Of a stretch of 64,000 bases of DNA, positions 29,387 to 38,957 are shown in pieces. The stretch's first letter is position 1, and each line of letters starts with the position of its first letter. The notes beneath the pieces are model-generated. The model was not told the origin of the DNA. It searched no databases and saw nothing but the letters and a program-made list of their open reading frames with translations. The stretch spans positions 1-64,000 of the IMG/VR virus record IMGVR_UViG_3300005253_000045. One strand, 5' to 3'. The translations under genes and the position numbers were made by a program. The stretch comes from a virus.

Positions 29387-29533
29387 CTATCCCTCAGCCC
29401 CGTCGCGCAGTGCGGTAAACTGTAGGCGTAGGTCAGTGATACACTGACTGCAAATCAGTAGTCTTGTCTCCGGCAACTTCACTACAAGCCGCCCACGGGC
29501 ACAAAAATCACAGACTGGTGGTGTGGCTTTCAT
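29387..29533 (-). CDS. 48-aa ClpX-type C4 zinc-finger protein (not in ORF track)
   Basis: MKATPPVCDFCARGRLVVKLPETRLLICSQCITDL...; TAATG overlap upstream and TAGCTATG junction downstream. Confidence 0.55.
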   Translation of the reverse strand: MKATPPVCDFCARGRLVVKLPETRLLICSQCITDLRLQFTALRDGAEG

Positions 29534-30124
29534 TACTGTTCCTCCTCCAAGAACTCTATTTCGTCTCGGTAAAATCGCCAGTGGGTGCCATCCTTAAACT
29601 CTACCACCACCAGCTCAAGGGTAGTATTGATGCGCTCGTGGTTAATCACTTTACCGATAGCCCCGACCTTCACGGCCCGGTAGGGAGACCCTTTGACTAG
29701 TACTCGGGCCATCGTATCCATACTAATTCATGAAGAGAGTGCTGGGTAGGGTAGCACGGTCAGACCCTACTACGCCCCATAGCAGCGCGTAAACATGGGC
29801 CGGAGTGTCCACGGAGGGAGACAGGGACTTCCCAGGATGGGCGCTCCCCTCGACTAAAGCCCGTACCTCGTAGGGTAAGAGGGGGGAAGGCGCGTCCTCG
29901 CCTGGGGCAACAGCAGAGAGGCGGGGGATGCTGACATGCTCCAAGTCGCATTCCTGGCATGTGTGGATGGGGTAGAGCTCCTGAAATCTACTCACGGGCA
30001 TCGTACTTATCTCGCGTTAATAAGTTCACCAACATCTGTTGAAGCCGGGAGTTCTGCTCTCTGAGCATATCGATAACCGCCCAATGCCTAGGGAAGAGTC
30101 TCCGCGCAATGCGTTCTGTTATAC

Positions 30125-31093
30125 TCACGGCAACTCCTTTGGCAGGAACTCCTCGAGCCACTGGTACTTTTGGCGGCAGTTGGGACAGGCCAAAATCACA
30201 ACCTTCTCCTCTTCAAGTTCCTTCTGTCGGGTCTTGTCTATGTCGTCTCTATTCACTAACGACACCCGGGGCTGGTTCATTACATCCCAAGAGGACATAG
30301 ACCCTACGGCTCGGAGCTGTGTGCCGCATCGCTCGCAGTCCATAGCCACCGGCGTGCTATCCTTCAGCAAGTCCCGTTGGTCGGGGTCGGCCTCCTCGCC
30401 CTCGAACTCAATGTTCAGGTATTTCCATCCACTCTCTTCCTCGAGGTAGCCGGGTTCGTGTCCCTCCTTAAACTTGAAGTGCTTATCGATAGCACGGGGG
30501 TCTATGCCGGACTTCTTCTGGCGGTTGTAATCTGCCCAGTTCCTTTCAATCTCCTCCTCGCTCATATCAGCAGGAGCGGGCGCTTCAAAGTGCGAAGGAT
30601 GGCATGAGCCCCCCGCTATCGGGGACATGTACGCTAGCATAGCTAGGTCGCGTTTCGACGTGAGGTAGGGTTGTATCTGCGCACATATCCCTCGCACAAG
30701 TTCCTTGTACTGCACCACCCACTGCCAGCTAGGTTTCTTAGCGAACGCTTGTGCGCCGTTAGGACTTACGTAGTCAGGACGTGGCTCGCGGTAGTACACC
30801 GTCCCACACCCAGTCAGGCGGAGCATAGTGGCGATGGTCTCCACGTCGGTGGAGTAGAAGTCTACCCCCATAGGTGAGATTTGGTCGACATCATCGAGGC
30901 GGTCTCGAGTGTGTGCTCCTATGGGTACCCAAACGCCTGGTTTGAGGCGGCCGCGCAGTCTAATGGAACCTTCCCCTTCTATCATAGCGCCTACCCAGGC
31001 TGCCTCTACATCGGACATGGTGCGAACGGTTTGGTCGGTGCGTTTACCTTTGTACATATTGGCAGTGTACCCTACACACTTGGTGTCTGTCAA
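30125..31093 (-). CDS. LAGLIDADG-like endonuclease domain fused to C-terminal Zn-ribbon region
   Basis: AAWVGAMIEGEGSI, STDVETI...GCGTVY, WQWVV...IQPYLTSKR; C-terminal CERC...CPNC. Confidence 0.65.
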   Translation of the reverse strand: MTDTKCVGYTANMYKGKRTDQTVRTMSDVEAAWVGAMIEGEGSIRLRGRLKPGVWVPIGAHTRDRLDDVDQISPMGVDFYSTDVETIATMLRLTGCGTVYYREPRPDYVSPNGAQAFAKKPSWQWVVQYKELVRGICAQIQPYLTSKRDLAMLAYMSPIAGGSCHPSHFEAPAPADMSEEEIERNWADYNRQKKSGIDPRAIDKHFKFKEGHEPGYLEEESGWKYLNIEFEGEEADPDQRDLLKDSTPVAMDCERCGTQLRAVGSMSSWDVMNQPRVSLVNRDDIDKTRQKELEEEKVVILACPNCRQKYQWLEEFLPKELP

Positions 31094-31314
31094 GAGTATG
31101 ACAGGTCAAGCTACCGATACCTCCACTATCGTTAGAGGGAAGCATTCTAGGGGGCCTTCAAAAGACACCATACCCTTGTCTGAAAATATCGCGCGTACAT
31201 GTGTACACGGACAGAGTGGGTGATTGGGTGAGAAGACGTTGGTGTGTCTAAAAGGTCTGTCCCAACTAGGGCTTGTGTGCTCAATAGTTACCAGGCCTAT
31301 AGGGATGTTCCCGC

Positions 31315-32757
31315 TCATTCCACGCTCACCTTAGGCTCCAGACCTATATCGCCAAGGGGATGGTTCAGAGCCCCAAGCTCCTTGACCTTCTCCTCCCACT
31401 CCATCGGCTCCGCCTCAGTATACCCAACAATACTTGCCCGGAGCCAGCGGTTGTAGCGCGTCCCCCCTTCTGACTCTAGCCAGTGAGCCGTACTCCCCAT
31501 GTTGATGAGTGAGACGACTGCAACGTCTAGTAGGTCATCAACTGAGCCCATGAGGGCAAAATGTAGGAGTTCGGGCGCTGGTAGCCCCCAGGGGGAACGT
31601 CTCCCGTAGAGCGTTGCTGACCGCCGGGCGAGCGTATACTGGTCAGTCAAACGTATGATGCCAAGGCGTAGGTTAGGTAGCTTCTTGTCTATATGCTGCG
31701 CCTTGATAAGCTGGGGGCTCTCCGGCATCGCGGCCGCCCAGTCAGGGTACAGCCAGCTTAGAAGAGCTTCGTCCTCGCCACATACCATCCACAGTAAGAA
31801 GGAGTTGGCCTCCTTAGAGCTGAGCTCCAGATAGCTGCTAAACTCGGCAAGTGGGCTCCTGCCCCCTCGCAACCACCCGGAAATTGTGGGGTCCTTGGTG
31901 TAGTACGCGAGAACCTTGAATAGGAGCCAGTCGTAGGTTAGCTTCCATCGTGTACCCTCCAAGACCTTAGCTTTAGGGAATGTCTCATGGTGCCGTACCA
32001 CGGGGAGCCCCACTTTCCGATAGAAGCTGGGGGCTTCCAGGGCTAGGCCCGGCCCGAGGACAGCGCAGTCTAGTGCGTCTTTGAGGGGGGATAAACCCCG
32101 GGCAACAGGACGTCCTGTGGTGTACTCCAGCACAGTCATGTCGTGGATGATGTTAGGTAGTATTGGATTGAGGTTGTCGTCGGGCGCCTCATCAAACCAA
32201 GAGCTTAGGCCGCGGATGAGCTCCCCCGTGTCTCGAGTAACAAGTGCCGGCGCCACTCGCTCCGCCTTCAGCGCCCGTTCGATGATACCCCGGATGGGGC
32301 CTGTGTACTCATTCTTCGTTACGAACCAGCCTTGAGCCTTAATAGCTAGTGCTATCTCGTTGGCAGTAGCGGAGATGCCTACGGGGGTCTTCTCTACTTC
32401 TGACCCCATCTGTAGTAGCCACTCCCCCAGTGCCCCCATACCCTCCGCATCGTCGACGATGCGATAAGGCCACTCCCCTAATCGCCCTTCGGCCGGCCCA
32501 CTGCCCTGGTCGGACGGTACTGCTCGTACAGACCCCGCCACTCCTTCGTCTGTTTGGGCGTCAGCAGCCGTTCGTTGGTCTTCTCCTCTATTAGGGCGCT
32601 CAGGGCCGTCAGGTTCGCTAGCATCACTAGGAACTTCTGGAGTAGCCACGGGACGTCGTACTCCTCCTTCTTCTGGTAGTTGTTCCGTGCCCAATTCAGA
32701 CGGGAGTTCCACGTCGGCCAGATCTCCGCGGGTCTTTCTTCGTTTCCGTTTTGCCAT
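31315..32757 (-). CDS. Degenerate (catalytically dead) family A DNA polymerase-like protein
   Basis: LTYDWLLFKVLAYYTKD aligns with motif A, TLYGRR and ALMGSVDDLL with conserved PolA segments; catalytic residues missing. Confidence 0.6.
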   Translation of the reverse strand: MAKRKRRKTRGDLADVELPSELGTEQLPEEGGVRRPVATPEVPSDASEPDGPERPNRGEDQRTAADAQTDEGVAGSVRAVPSDQGSGPAEGRLGEWPYRIVDDAEGMGALGEWLLQMGSEVEKTPVGISATANEIALAIKAQGWFVTKNEYTGPIRGIIERALKAERVAPALVTRDTGELIRGLSSWFDEAPDDNLNPILPNIIHDMTVLEYTTGRPVARGLSPLKDALDCAVLGPGLALEAPSFYRKVGLPVVRHHETFPKAKVLEGTRWKLTYDWLLFKVLAYYTKDPTISGWLRGGRSPLAEFSSYLELSSKEANSFLLWMVCGEDEALLSWLYPDWAAAMPESPQLIKAQHIDKKLPNLRLGIIRLTDQYTLARRSATLYGRRSPWGLPAPELLHFALMGSVDDLLDVAVVSLINMGSTAHWLESEGGTRYNRWLRASIVGYTEAEPMEWEEKVKELGALNHPLGDIGLEPKVSVE

Positions 32758-32777
32758 GACATGACTACTCCCTAGGC

Positions 32778-33008
32778 TTAGGCCTGTGCCGCTGGAATCT
32801 TACGGAAGGCGAAGCCTCCCCTTTTCACGAGTGCGCTGAATGCACTACCAATGGAGTCAGCAAACAGGACGTCCAGAACGACCTCATTTGATACGCCATC
32901 GTACTCGTAGAAGCTATCCTCTCCAAACTGGACGACTAGCCTGCCGGTCTCCCGTTCAAACTTGATTGCGGTCATTGCCGCCGATACTACCGGTACGAAC
33001 TTTGCCAT
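32778..33008 (-). CDS. KTSC domain protein
   Basis: SAAMTAIKF...LVVQF...YEYDGV...ADSIGSAF. Confidence 0.75.
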   Translation of the reverse strand: MAKFVPVVSAAMTAIKFERETGRLVVQFGEDSFYEYDGVSNEVVLDVLFADSIGSAFSALVKRGGFAFRKIPAAQA

Positions 33009-33064
33009 GGTGGATTACACCTCCTTCAGTATGTACAACGTTCTTAAACCCACTGTATATCACT

Positions 33065-33796
33065 CTACATTGTTTCTTTCTTCACATCAAGTATCTCGCC
33101 CTCGATTATTTCAGAGCCGTCATACATCTTCAAGCCTTCGAGCATACCCATACTCTCAAGCTCCTTACGCTGTTGAACACTGACGTCCAAGCCACGGCGC
33201 AACTTCTCTAGGGCGATACGCTGGCCAGCCGATAGGTGAGTGATATTGACGTCGCCCTCTATCTTGCGGATGTCCTTGAGATGCCCAGCCGCCTTCATCA
33301 GGTCGGCCCACATGCGCGCCCGTACCGTATCGTTGGTAGTATTAACGTAGATGGTATCCTTGTGGCTACATTTGGAACAGATATTTGTGACTTTGATGGT
33401 CTTGTTGGCCTCGAGAAGTTCCATGGCTATGTCGGGGAGGCGCTCCTGCAACTCCGTAAATCTTGCCGCGGTTGCGTCATGAGCGCTCTGAAAGAACTCC
33501 TCGTGTGCCCGAAGGAAGGCGGGGTCGTCTCGCAGCCACCTAGTTACCTGCGCCGACTTAATGCCCACGCCATCGCAAGCATCCCTCTTAGAGCCGTTAC
33601 GTGATAGAAGGTCGAAGTATCGCCGCTGGGTGGGGAGTAGCCCGTCTTCTCCTCGAGCGCGGGGCCTCCCTATTAGCGCTCTGTCGTTGTTCATGGAGAC
33701 GTCCCTCGAAAAAGAGATGATATAAGTCTCGGTACTTGACCGGTACCGCCGCAGGTAGGGCACTTCGCCCAGTTTCTGCAAAGGGGACTTGGGCAA
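33065..33796 (-). CDS. HTH protein, terminase-small-subunit-like (start possibly ATG 33694)
   Basis: LPTQRRYF...GSKRDACDGVGIKSAQVTRWLRDDPAF helix-turn-helix; CSKC. Confidence 0.5.
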   Translation of the reverse strand: MPKSPLQKLGEVPYLRRYRSSTETYIISFSRDVSMNNDRALIGRPRARGEDGLLPTQRRYFDLLSRNGSKRDACDGVGIKSAQVTRWLRDDPAFLRAHEEFFQSAHDATAARFTELQERLPDIAMELLEANKTIKVTNICSKCSHKDTIYVNTTNDTVRARMWADLMKAAGHLKDIRKIEGDVNITHLSAGQRIALEKLRRGLDVSVQQRKELESMGMLEGLKMYDGSEIIEGEILDVKKETM

Positions 33797-34009
33797 GGAA
33801 CCATAATAGGAGGCCGTCTAAGTGTACCCTCATTCATCTTAGTTCCTTCCGGGGCGGACCCACTGGGCGAGAGTACAGAACTTTGCCCAGATGCGCCGCT
33901 TAAGAGACATGGATTCTTGGTGCCGTACCTTATCGCACCATACGCAGGGGATATTGCGGTAAGTCCTCATAAGAGGTTCCTCTCATTCTATCGTCCTTTC
34001 CCTCGCTTG

Positions 34010-36658
34010 TCAAACCGACTTCAGGCTACCGAAGGACTGACCAATTTGCACATCGACGGGTATCTGCCACCCCAGCTTCTCCCCATTTGTCAGCACGGTG
34101 TTCATTGCTATGTCCTGCCATAGCTCTTTCACTGTGACGGCCGCTTCCTCTAACCGGTCTAGTGGGGCGTACATTGCCAGGCTGTCGTGCATCTCCATGA
34201 TAGGCTCGACCCAGGAGGATAGCTCCCGCTCAGTAGCGATGTGGGCTAAGGAGTGTAGGTCGTGGGCTCCTGACTGCACGGGCATGTTGAACCCCTGACG
34301 GACGACGCCCTCTAGGTCCCCCCGGTACCGCAGGGCTTTGAGGATGGGCACCTCAAGGAATTGCCGGCGCCGGCCAAACTTGTTGCCGATAGACCCCCGC
34401 TGGAACATCTCCTCCCGAACGCGAAGGAAGAAGGGCGCCATGTTTGGAAAGATGTACTGGATGTAGTGCGCGAGGAGTGGAGCAGCCTCTTGTACCGAGC
34501 ACCCAAGGCGTTGTGCCGCGCCCTCTTCAGTCAGGCCATAGTTCATACCGAAGACAAACGTCTTACCGCGGTCACGAATCGTCTTGTACTTAGTCTTCCA
34601 CTCCTCGAGAGAGAGGCCGTCGTCTACGATGTCGGCGGGGAACCTGCTGGAAACTCCCAGCTTACATAGCTCTCGAGCAACGTGAGCATGGATGTCGGCC
34701 CCACTCAACAGAAGATTGAGGAGCACCTCATCCCCAGTCTCGTAGGCCATGACCCAGACCTCGGCCTGGCTCCAGTCAGCATTTATCATCCCAAAACCAG
34801 GAGGCGAACCGAACATATCCCGGACGGCATCGTCCGAGTCAATCCCATACTTCTCGTCGTGGATAGAGATGTCCTTAGGGGGGTTCATGAGGTTAGGATA
34901 CTCGCAGGAGAAGCGTCCTGTTGCTGCTCGAGCGGAGTTCCAGCGGGCGTGAATGCGGCCGTCCTCCCGGATGTGGAACCGGAAACCGCCGTCCTTTCCC
35001 CCGTCCATGTAGGTACCCGAGAACTTCTCAAGGTGGCGAATGTCGACGAGAATGGGTAGTCCCTCATGTTGTACCCGCTCATTCAGCTCTTTCAATTCGT
35101 CGGCGCCCGTCTTCGCGTGTTGGGATGAGCACGGCGCCTGTGCCTTTTTACACTTCTGGCACTCCTTACGCGCACTGTCTATAGGGGTGGCGGTAAGTGG
35201 TAGCCCCCACTCCTCGAAGACGAGCTTCTGCACAGTCTGGTAGTAAGAAGGCTTCTCTACCTCACGGCCTACGAACTCGTTCAGCCTCTCCTTCTCCGTA
35301 TCTAAGCGGTCTCGGTAGTAGAGGCAGAGTTTGTCGAAGTGCTCTTGGTCTATGTATACTCCCCGCTCCTCTAGCTTTGTGGCGCAGCGAATGAGAGGGA
35401 TGCTGATATTATCGTAGACCCACAAGGACTTTTCTTCTTCTACCTGTGAGTGGAGGATGGGAACTAGGGTCTGTACTACGTCGACGTCGGCGCCGGCGTA
35501 CTCCCATAGTTCCTTGTCCGGGACTTCCCACATTTTCGATTTCATGGATTTCAGCCCAGCCTCGTAGTACGGTATGTCCGTATGAAGTGCCGTTAGGAGG
35601 GTGAGGTTGGCTGGAGTAGACTCTGACATGAGCGTCGATAGAAGACGGGTGTCCTGCTGGACATTGTTGACGTGGAACCCAAAGGCGGTAGAGACAGTGA
35701 CCACCTTCTCGTCGACGCTACGCTCCAACATCCTGAGGTCGAAACCAATGTTCTGCCCGGCCTTTGGCTTATCCGAGCGGAGGATTTCGTCGAGGATTTC
35801 TATCACCTCGGGTAGTTCGGTATCCAAGTCCCAGTAGGGTACTGGGCACCACTCTGTCTCAGGAACCTCCTTACGATTCTTCCCCCGCCCCTTCATTTTC
35901 ATGACTGTGCACTCGCCGCGGTGAAGGATAGGGACAGCGTACCCTATGCCCTCATCGGCTGTGAGACTTACGCAGAGCAGCTCTGAGTCCATCCAGCTTA
36001 ACCCCGTCGTCTCAGTATCAACAGAGATGATGGAAACGTCAGGCCCTAACAGGTAGTCTCGCAGGGCTCGAAGGTCTTCTAGGGTCGTGATGCCTGCGTA
36101 TGAGCCGTACTTCTCGGCGACGCCTCCCTGCTCCATGATGCGCTTGGCCTTGCGGAAGTGTGCTAGCACCAAGGCCGCCTCATCCCAGTGCCCACGAGAA
36201 ATATAACTGGGGTGGTAGGTTGGAATCACAGGTATGCCCGGGAGCTCATCGTTATAGAGGGTGAAGCCCATCACCTCCCGTACGCCGACCCCCGGTTTGT
36301 ACAGGGAGCGGATAGCCGGGCCTCCAAGGGCGACGATGACTGAGGGGTTGACGGCCCGCAACTCCTCTATGAGGTAGTCATGGCAGGCGTCTATCTCTGA
36401 AGGCTTCGGGTTTCGCTCGCCCCAGCAGCGCGTGGCGTTTGTGTAGTAGGATAGATGCTGGTTGATACCGGCCGCCCACTCCATGATGCGGAGTACACGG
36501 CCCGCCTTACCCACAAAGGGGCGCCCCTTCTGATTCTCGAAGGCACCTGGGCCCTCACCAACGAAGGCTATCTTAGCGTGTGTTGGCCCTGTGCCGTTGA
36601 CCACACACTTCCGCCCTTGAAGAGCTGGGCAGCGGCTACAGTCCTTAGGAGGAGGCAT
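34010..36658 (-). CDS. polA: DNA polymerase A with N-terminal family-4 uracil-DNA glycosylase and 3'-5' exonuclease
   Basis: UDG: CxxC, VGEGPG, RPFVGKAG, TNATRC, TYHPS. Exo: VDTETTG, NIGFDL, YAGAD. Pol: ADWSQAE, RGKTFVFGMNYG, MHDSL. Confidence 0.92.
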   Translation of the reverse strand: MPPPKDCSRCPALQGRKCVVNGTGPTHAKIAFVGEGPGAFENQKGRPFVGKAGRVLRIMEWAAGINQHLSYYTNATRCWGERNPKPSEIDACHDYLIEELRAVNPSVIVALGGPAIRSLYKPGVGVREVMGFTLYNDELPGIPVIPTYHPSYISRGHWDEAALVLAHFRKAKRIMEQGGVAEKYGSYAGITTLEDLRALRDYLLGPDVSIISVDTETTGLSWMDSELLCVSLTADEGIGYAVPILHRGECTVMKMKGRGKNRKEVPETEWCPVPYWDLDTELPEVIEILDEILRSDKPKAGQNIGFDLRMLERSVDEKVVTVSTAFGFHVNNVQQDTRLLSTLMSESTPANLTLLTALHTDIPYYEAGLKSMKSKMWEVPDKELWEYAGADVDVVQTLVPILHSQVEEEKSLWVYDNISIPLIRCATKLEERGVYIDQEHFDKLCLYYRDRLDTEKERLNEFVGREVEKPSYYQTVQKLVFEEWGLPLTATPIDSARKECQKCKKAQAPCSSQHAKTGADELKELNERVQHEGLPILVDIRHLEKFSGTYMDGGKDGGFRFHIREDGRIHARWNSARAATGRFSCEYPNLMNPPKDISIHDEKYGIDSDDAVRDMFGSPPGFGMINADWSQAEVWVMAYETGDEVLLNLLLSGADIHAHVARELCKLGVSSRFPADIVDDGLSLEEWKTKYKTIRDRGKTFVFGMNYGLTEEGAAQRLGCSVQEAAPLLAHYIQYIFPNMAPFFLRVREEMFQRGSIGNKFGRRRQFLEVPILKALRYRGDLEGVVRQGFNMPVQSGAHDLHSLAHIATERELSSWVEPIMEMHDSLAMYAPLDRLEEAAVTVKELWQDIAMNTVLTNGEKLGWQIPVDVQIGQSFGSLKSV

Positions 36659-36671
36659 TAGGTATGAGCCC

Positions 36672-36701
36672 TTGACAGGACAGTGATTTGTACGGTACTA
36701 T
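36672..36701 (+). promoter_or_regulatory. Sigma70 promoter of the antisense HNH gene (leaderless)
   Basis: TTGACA-18-TACTAT, ATG 6 nt downstream. Confidence 0.7.
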
Positions 36702-36707
36702 GGGTGT

Positions 36708-37229
36708 ATGGAGAACCCACGAGACCGGCGACGTAAACGCCTTCAAGCAGAGGGTTTGTGTGTATCGTGCGGCGCAGAACCCGTAGTGCCTGGGAGAAAA
36801 TGGTATGGGGTAAAATGCCAGCAGGCCAGAACCGACACACATATGAAGAAATGGTATCAGCGAAAAGCTGATGGTTTGTGCGTTTACTGCGGCGTAGCCG
36901 CGCCGGTCGAGGGGAAGCTCCCCTGTGCCCCCTGCCTGAGGGCGCAGAATAGCCGCTCTAAGAAAAGCAAAGAGGCGCTTCGTCAGGAGATGTTTAGTCA
37001 CTACGGTTGGGTTTGTACCTGCTGTAAGGAGCCCCGACAAGAGTTTCTGGCTCTTGACCATATAGATGGTAGCGGGGCACAGCAACGCAGGGAGCACCCT
37101 ACCCGAAAGAGCCCCGGCCTTTATAGCTACTTGAGGACACAGGGGTGGCCGGCTGGGTTTCGGACTCTTTGTCATAACTGTAACTTCAGTTTGGGGGCAC
37201 ATGGCTATTGCCCTCACGATAACGAATGA
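36708..37229 (+). CDS. HNH homing endonuclease, antisense to the replication operon
   Basis: Two CxxCG Zn fingers; CTCCKE...ALDHIDG...RTLCHNCNFSLG.HGYCPH. Confidence 0.8.
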   Translation: MENPRDRRRKRLQAEGLCVSCGAEPVVPGRKWYGVKCQQARTDTHMKKWYQRKADGLCVYCGVAAPVEGKLPCAPCLRAQNSRSKKSKEALRQEMFSHYGWVCTCCKEPRQEFLALDHIDGSGAQQRREHPTRKSPGLYSYLRTQGWPAGFRTLCHNCNFSLGAHGYCPHDNE

Positions 37230-37542
37230 AGTCCCCGACTTCTAATACGACAAATGTTTGGGCTCCATGACCGCGGCCAGGCTTTGTTCGTATGACTAGC
37301 AAGGGCAGGTCATCTGTCCCTTGCGCAGCCTCCTGAATCTGGCGCATTCCTTCGGTAATATAGGTGGATACACCCGACCGCTGTTTTACTTGCGCTACAA
37401 ATCCAGGGCCTGCTACGTCCGCGTCTCCTTTTTTCTTCCACTCCCCAGCATGAAGACGCCGGCCGCCCAGGAGTAGAGCGACGTCCCGCTCTGCCTGTTT
37501 CGATTGCGCTACTGTACTACGCCTGCTCATAGCAACCCTCAT
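37186..37542 (-). CDS. Holliday junction resolvase (Hjc-like PD-(D/E)xK)
   Basis: KQAERDVA...GDADV...VAQVK...PLLVIR. Confidence 0.7.
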   Translation of the reverse strand: MRVAMSRRSTVAQSKQAERDVALLLGGRRLHAGEWKKKGDADVAGPGFVAQVKQRSGVSTYITEGMRQIQEAAQGTDDLPLLVIRTKPGRGHGAQTFVVLEVGDFIRYREGNSHVPPN

Positions 37543-37789
37543 CCTCTGGAGGTACTCTAAAGCCGCGTTGTTCGAGAAAGGCGAAGCATACTGCCGCTAC
37601 TTGGATGGCTTCCTTCACCATTCCTTCCTCGTCCCTCTCGAGGATAGCCTCACAGAGCTCACCGTACTCCTCACCAAGAATGGTGGCCCAAAGCGTGTCA
37701 TCTAAGTGGCGTTGGCTGCCCCACTTGATGTCTTGCCGCTGCCGTTCGGAGTAGACAGCGTGCGTAACTCCTTCAAAGGTAAAGTTCAT
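37517..37789 (-). CDS. MazG-like NTP pyrophosphohydrolase
   Basis: ERQRQDIKWG...ILGEEYGELCEAI...EAIQVAAV. Confidence 0.8.
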   Translation of the reverse strand: MNFTFEGVTHAVYSERQRQDIKWGSQRHLDDTLWATILGEEYGELCEAILERDEEGMVKEAIQVAAVCFAFLEQRGFRVPPEDEGCYEQA

Positions 37790-38436
37790 GACCTATCCTC
37801 CGTTCCAGATTTCAGTGGGGTCAATGTCCCACCGGGGTTCACTAGATACGCCACGTCCGCGGCGTCGAGGACTTCATCCTCATGCGACGAAAATATCAGT
37901 TGGAAGCCTAGGCGCTCCGTTATCTCCTTCACCAGTTGGCAGAGAGCGGGGCGCTGTTCGGTAGCGACCATCGAAAATGGTTCATCGAGTGCCTCCAGCC
38001 GGCGCCACTCGGGGTGCTGCGATGTCGTCATGAAGTGGCGGAGTAGGTAGGCGAGGACCTGCACAACTGAACCCCCGGTGCCACCCTTGAGCCTCACACG
38101 CTTACCGTCCTTGACCAGTATGATGTCAAGGCTAGCCACTCCCCGCTTGATTGTGGACTCAAGGAGCACCTCGTACTCGGCGTCAGTGAAGACAGCGTTG
38201 ATACCCTGCCCGCCTAAGGCGGCAAGGGCCTTCTCGTAGTGACCCCTCCAGGTTTTTTCTAGGGACTGGAGAACTATGAGGGCCTTTGCCTGCACGTCCT
38301 CCTGCTCGAGAGCCGCGGCCTTCTGGTTGTCCAGCTTAGCCTTCTGCCCTTCGAGGAGCTCGCCCTGACCCCGCCATCCAGCACACTGCCTCTGAAAGAA
38401 GTCGAGTTCGGTGCGTAGCTCAGCTACTTCACTCAT
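37786..38436 (-). CDS. Rad50/SbcC C-terminal half (signature, Walker B, H-loop)
   Basis: Coiled coil, then GGTGGSVVQV, LEALDEPF, IFSSH; no Walker A. Confidence 0.75.
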   Translation of the reverse strand: MSEVAELRTELDFFQRQCAGWRGQGELLEGQKAKLDNQKAAALEQEDVQAKALIVLQSLEKTWRGHYEKALAALGGQGINAVFTDAEYEVLLESTIKRGVASLDIILVKDGKRVRLKGGTGGSVVQVLAYLLRHFMTTSQHPEWRRLEALDEPFSMVATEQRPALCQLVKEITERLGFQLIFSSHEDEVLDAADVAYLVNPGGTLTPLKSGTEDRS

Positions 38437-38707
38437 TGCGGGGGATGTCTTTCTCCGTTGTGTCGGGGAGTCCACATCGTACGCCAGCTTTAATGAGCTT
38501 TCGTGCTTCGTCTGTCCTCCCCCATCGGCCGAATAGCAGGGAGGTACGTACTCCGAATGACTCGGCCCTCGTCTCTCTCACTGGTTGAGCTTCGACAATA
38601 AGACCGAAGTCATCTACGCTACGGTTCTGTAAGCTATCAAACGCCTGCCACTGGTCAGACGCCTCGACTATCTCGTCGATGTTCTTACTAGTTAGAAACC
38701 ACTTCAT
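38429..38707 (-). CDS. Hypothetical protein
   Basis: SD AAGGAGG; overlaps both neighbours. Confidence 0.5.
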   Translation of the reverse strand: MKWFLTSKNIDEIVEASDQWQAFDSLQNRSVDDFGLIVEAQPVRETRAESFGVRTSLLFGRWGRTDEARKLIKAGVRCGLPDTTEKDIPRNE

Positions 38708-38957
38708 CGCTCGGCGCCTCCTTCTTTAGTGCCTGTATCTCCTCCCGGACGGCCGTGACAGCGATGTCGACGTCCCCACGTATCTGGGTGGCGGCGCCGG
38801 TAAGGTCGCTAGGGTCTAGGCCCAGCTCAGTAGCCTCGGCCTCGAGCTTAGCCAGCTCCGTCTCCGCACTCTGCTGCTGACCCTCGAGACGGGCCAGGTC
38901 AGTGTGAGCTGAGGCAATATCCTTGCGGAGCTGGTCGACAGTTGGTATCGTGGGCAT
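38688..38957 (-). CDS. Coiled-coil protein (possible third Rad50 fragment)
   Basis: Heptad pattern LRKDIASAHTDLARLEGQQQSAETELAKLE. Confidence 0.55.
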   Translation of the reverse strand: MPTIPTVDQLRKDIASAHTDLARLEGQQQSAETELAKLEAEATELGLDPSDLTGAATQIRGDVDIAVTAVREEIQALKKEAPSDEVVSN

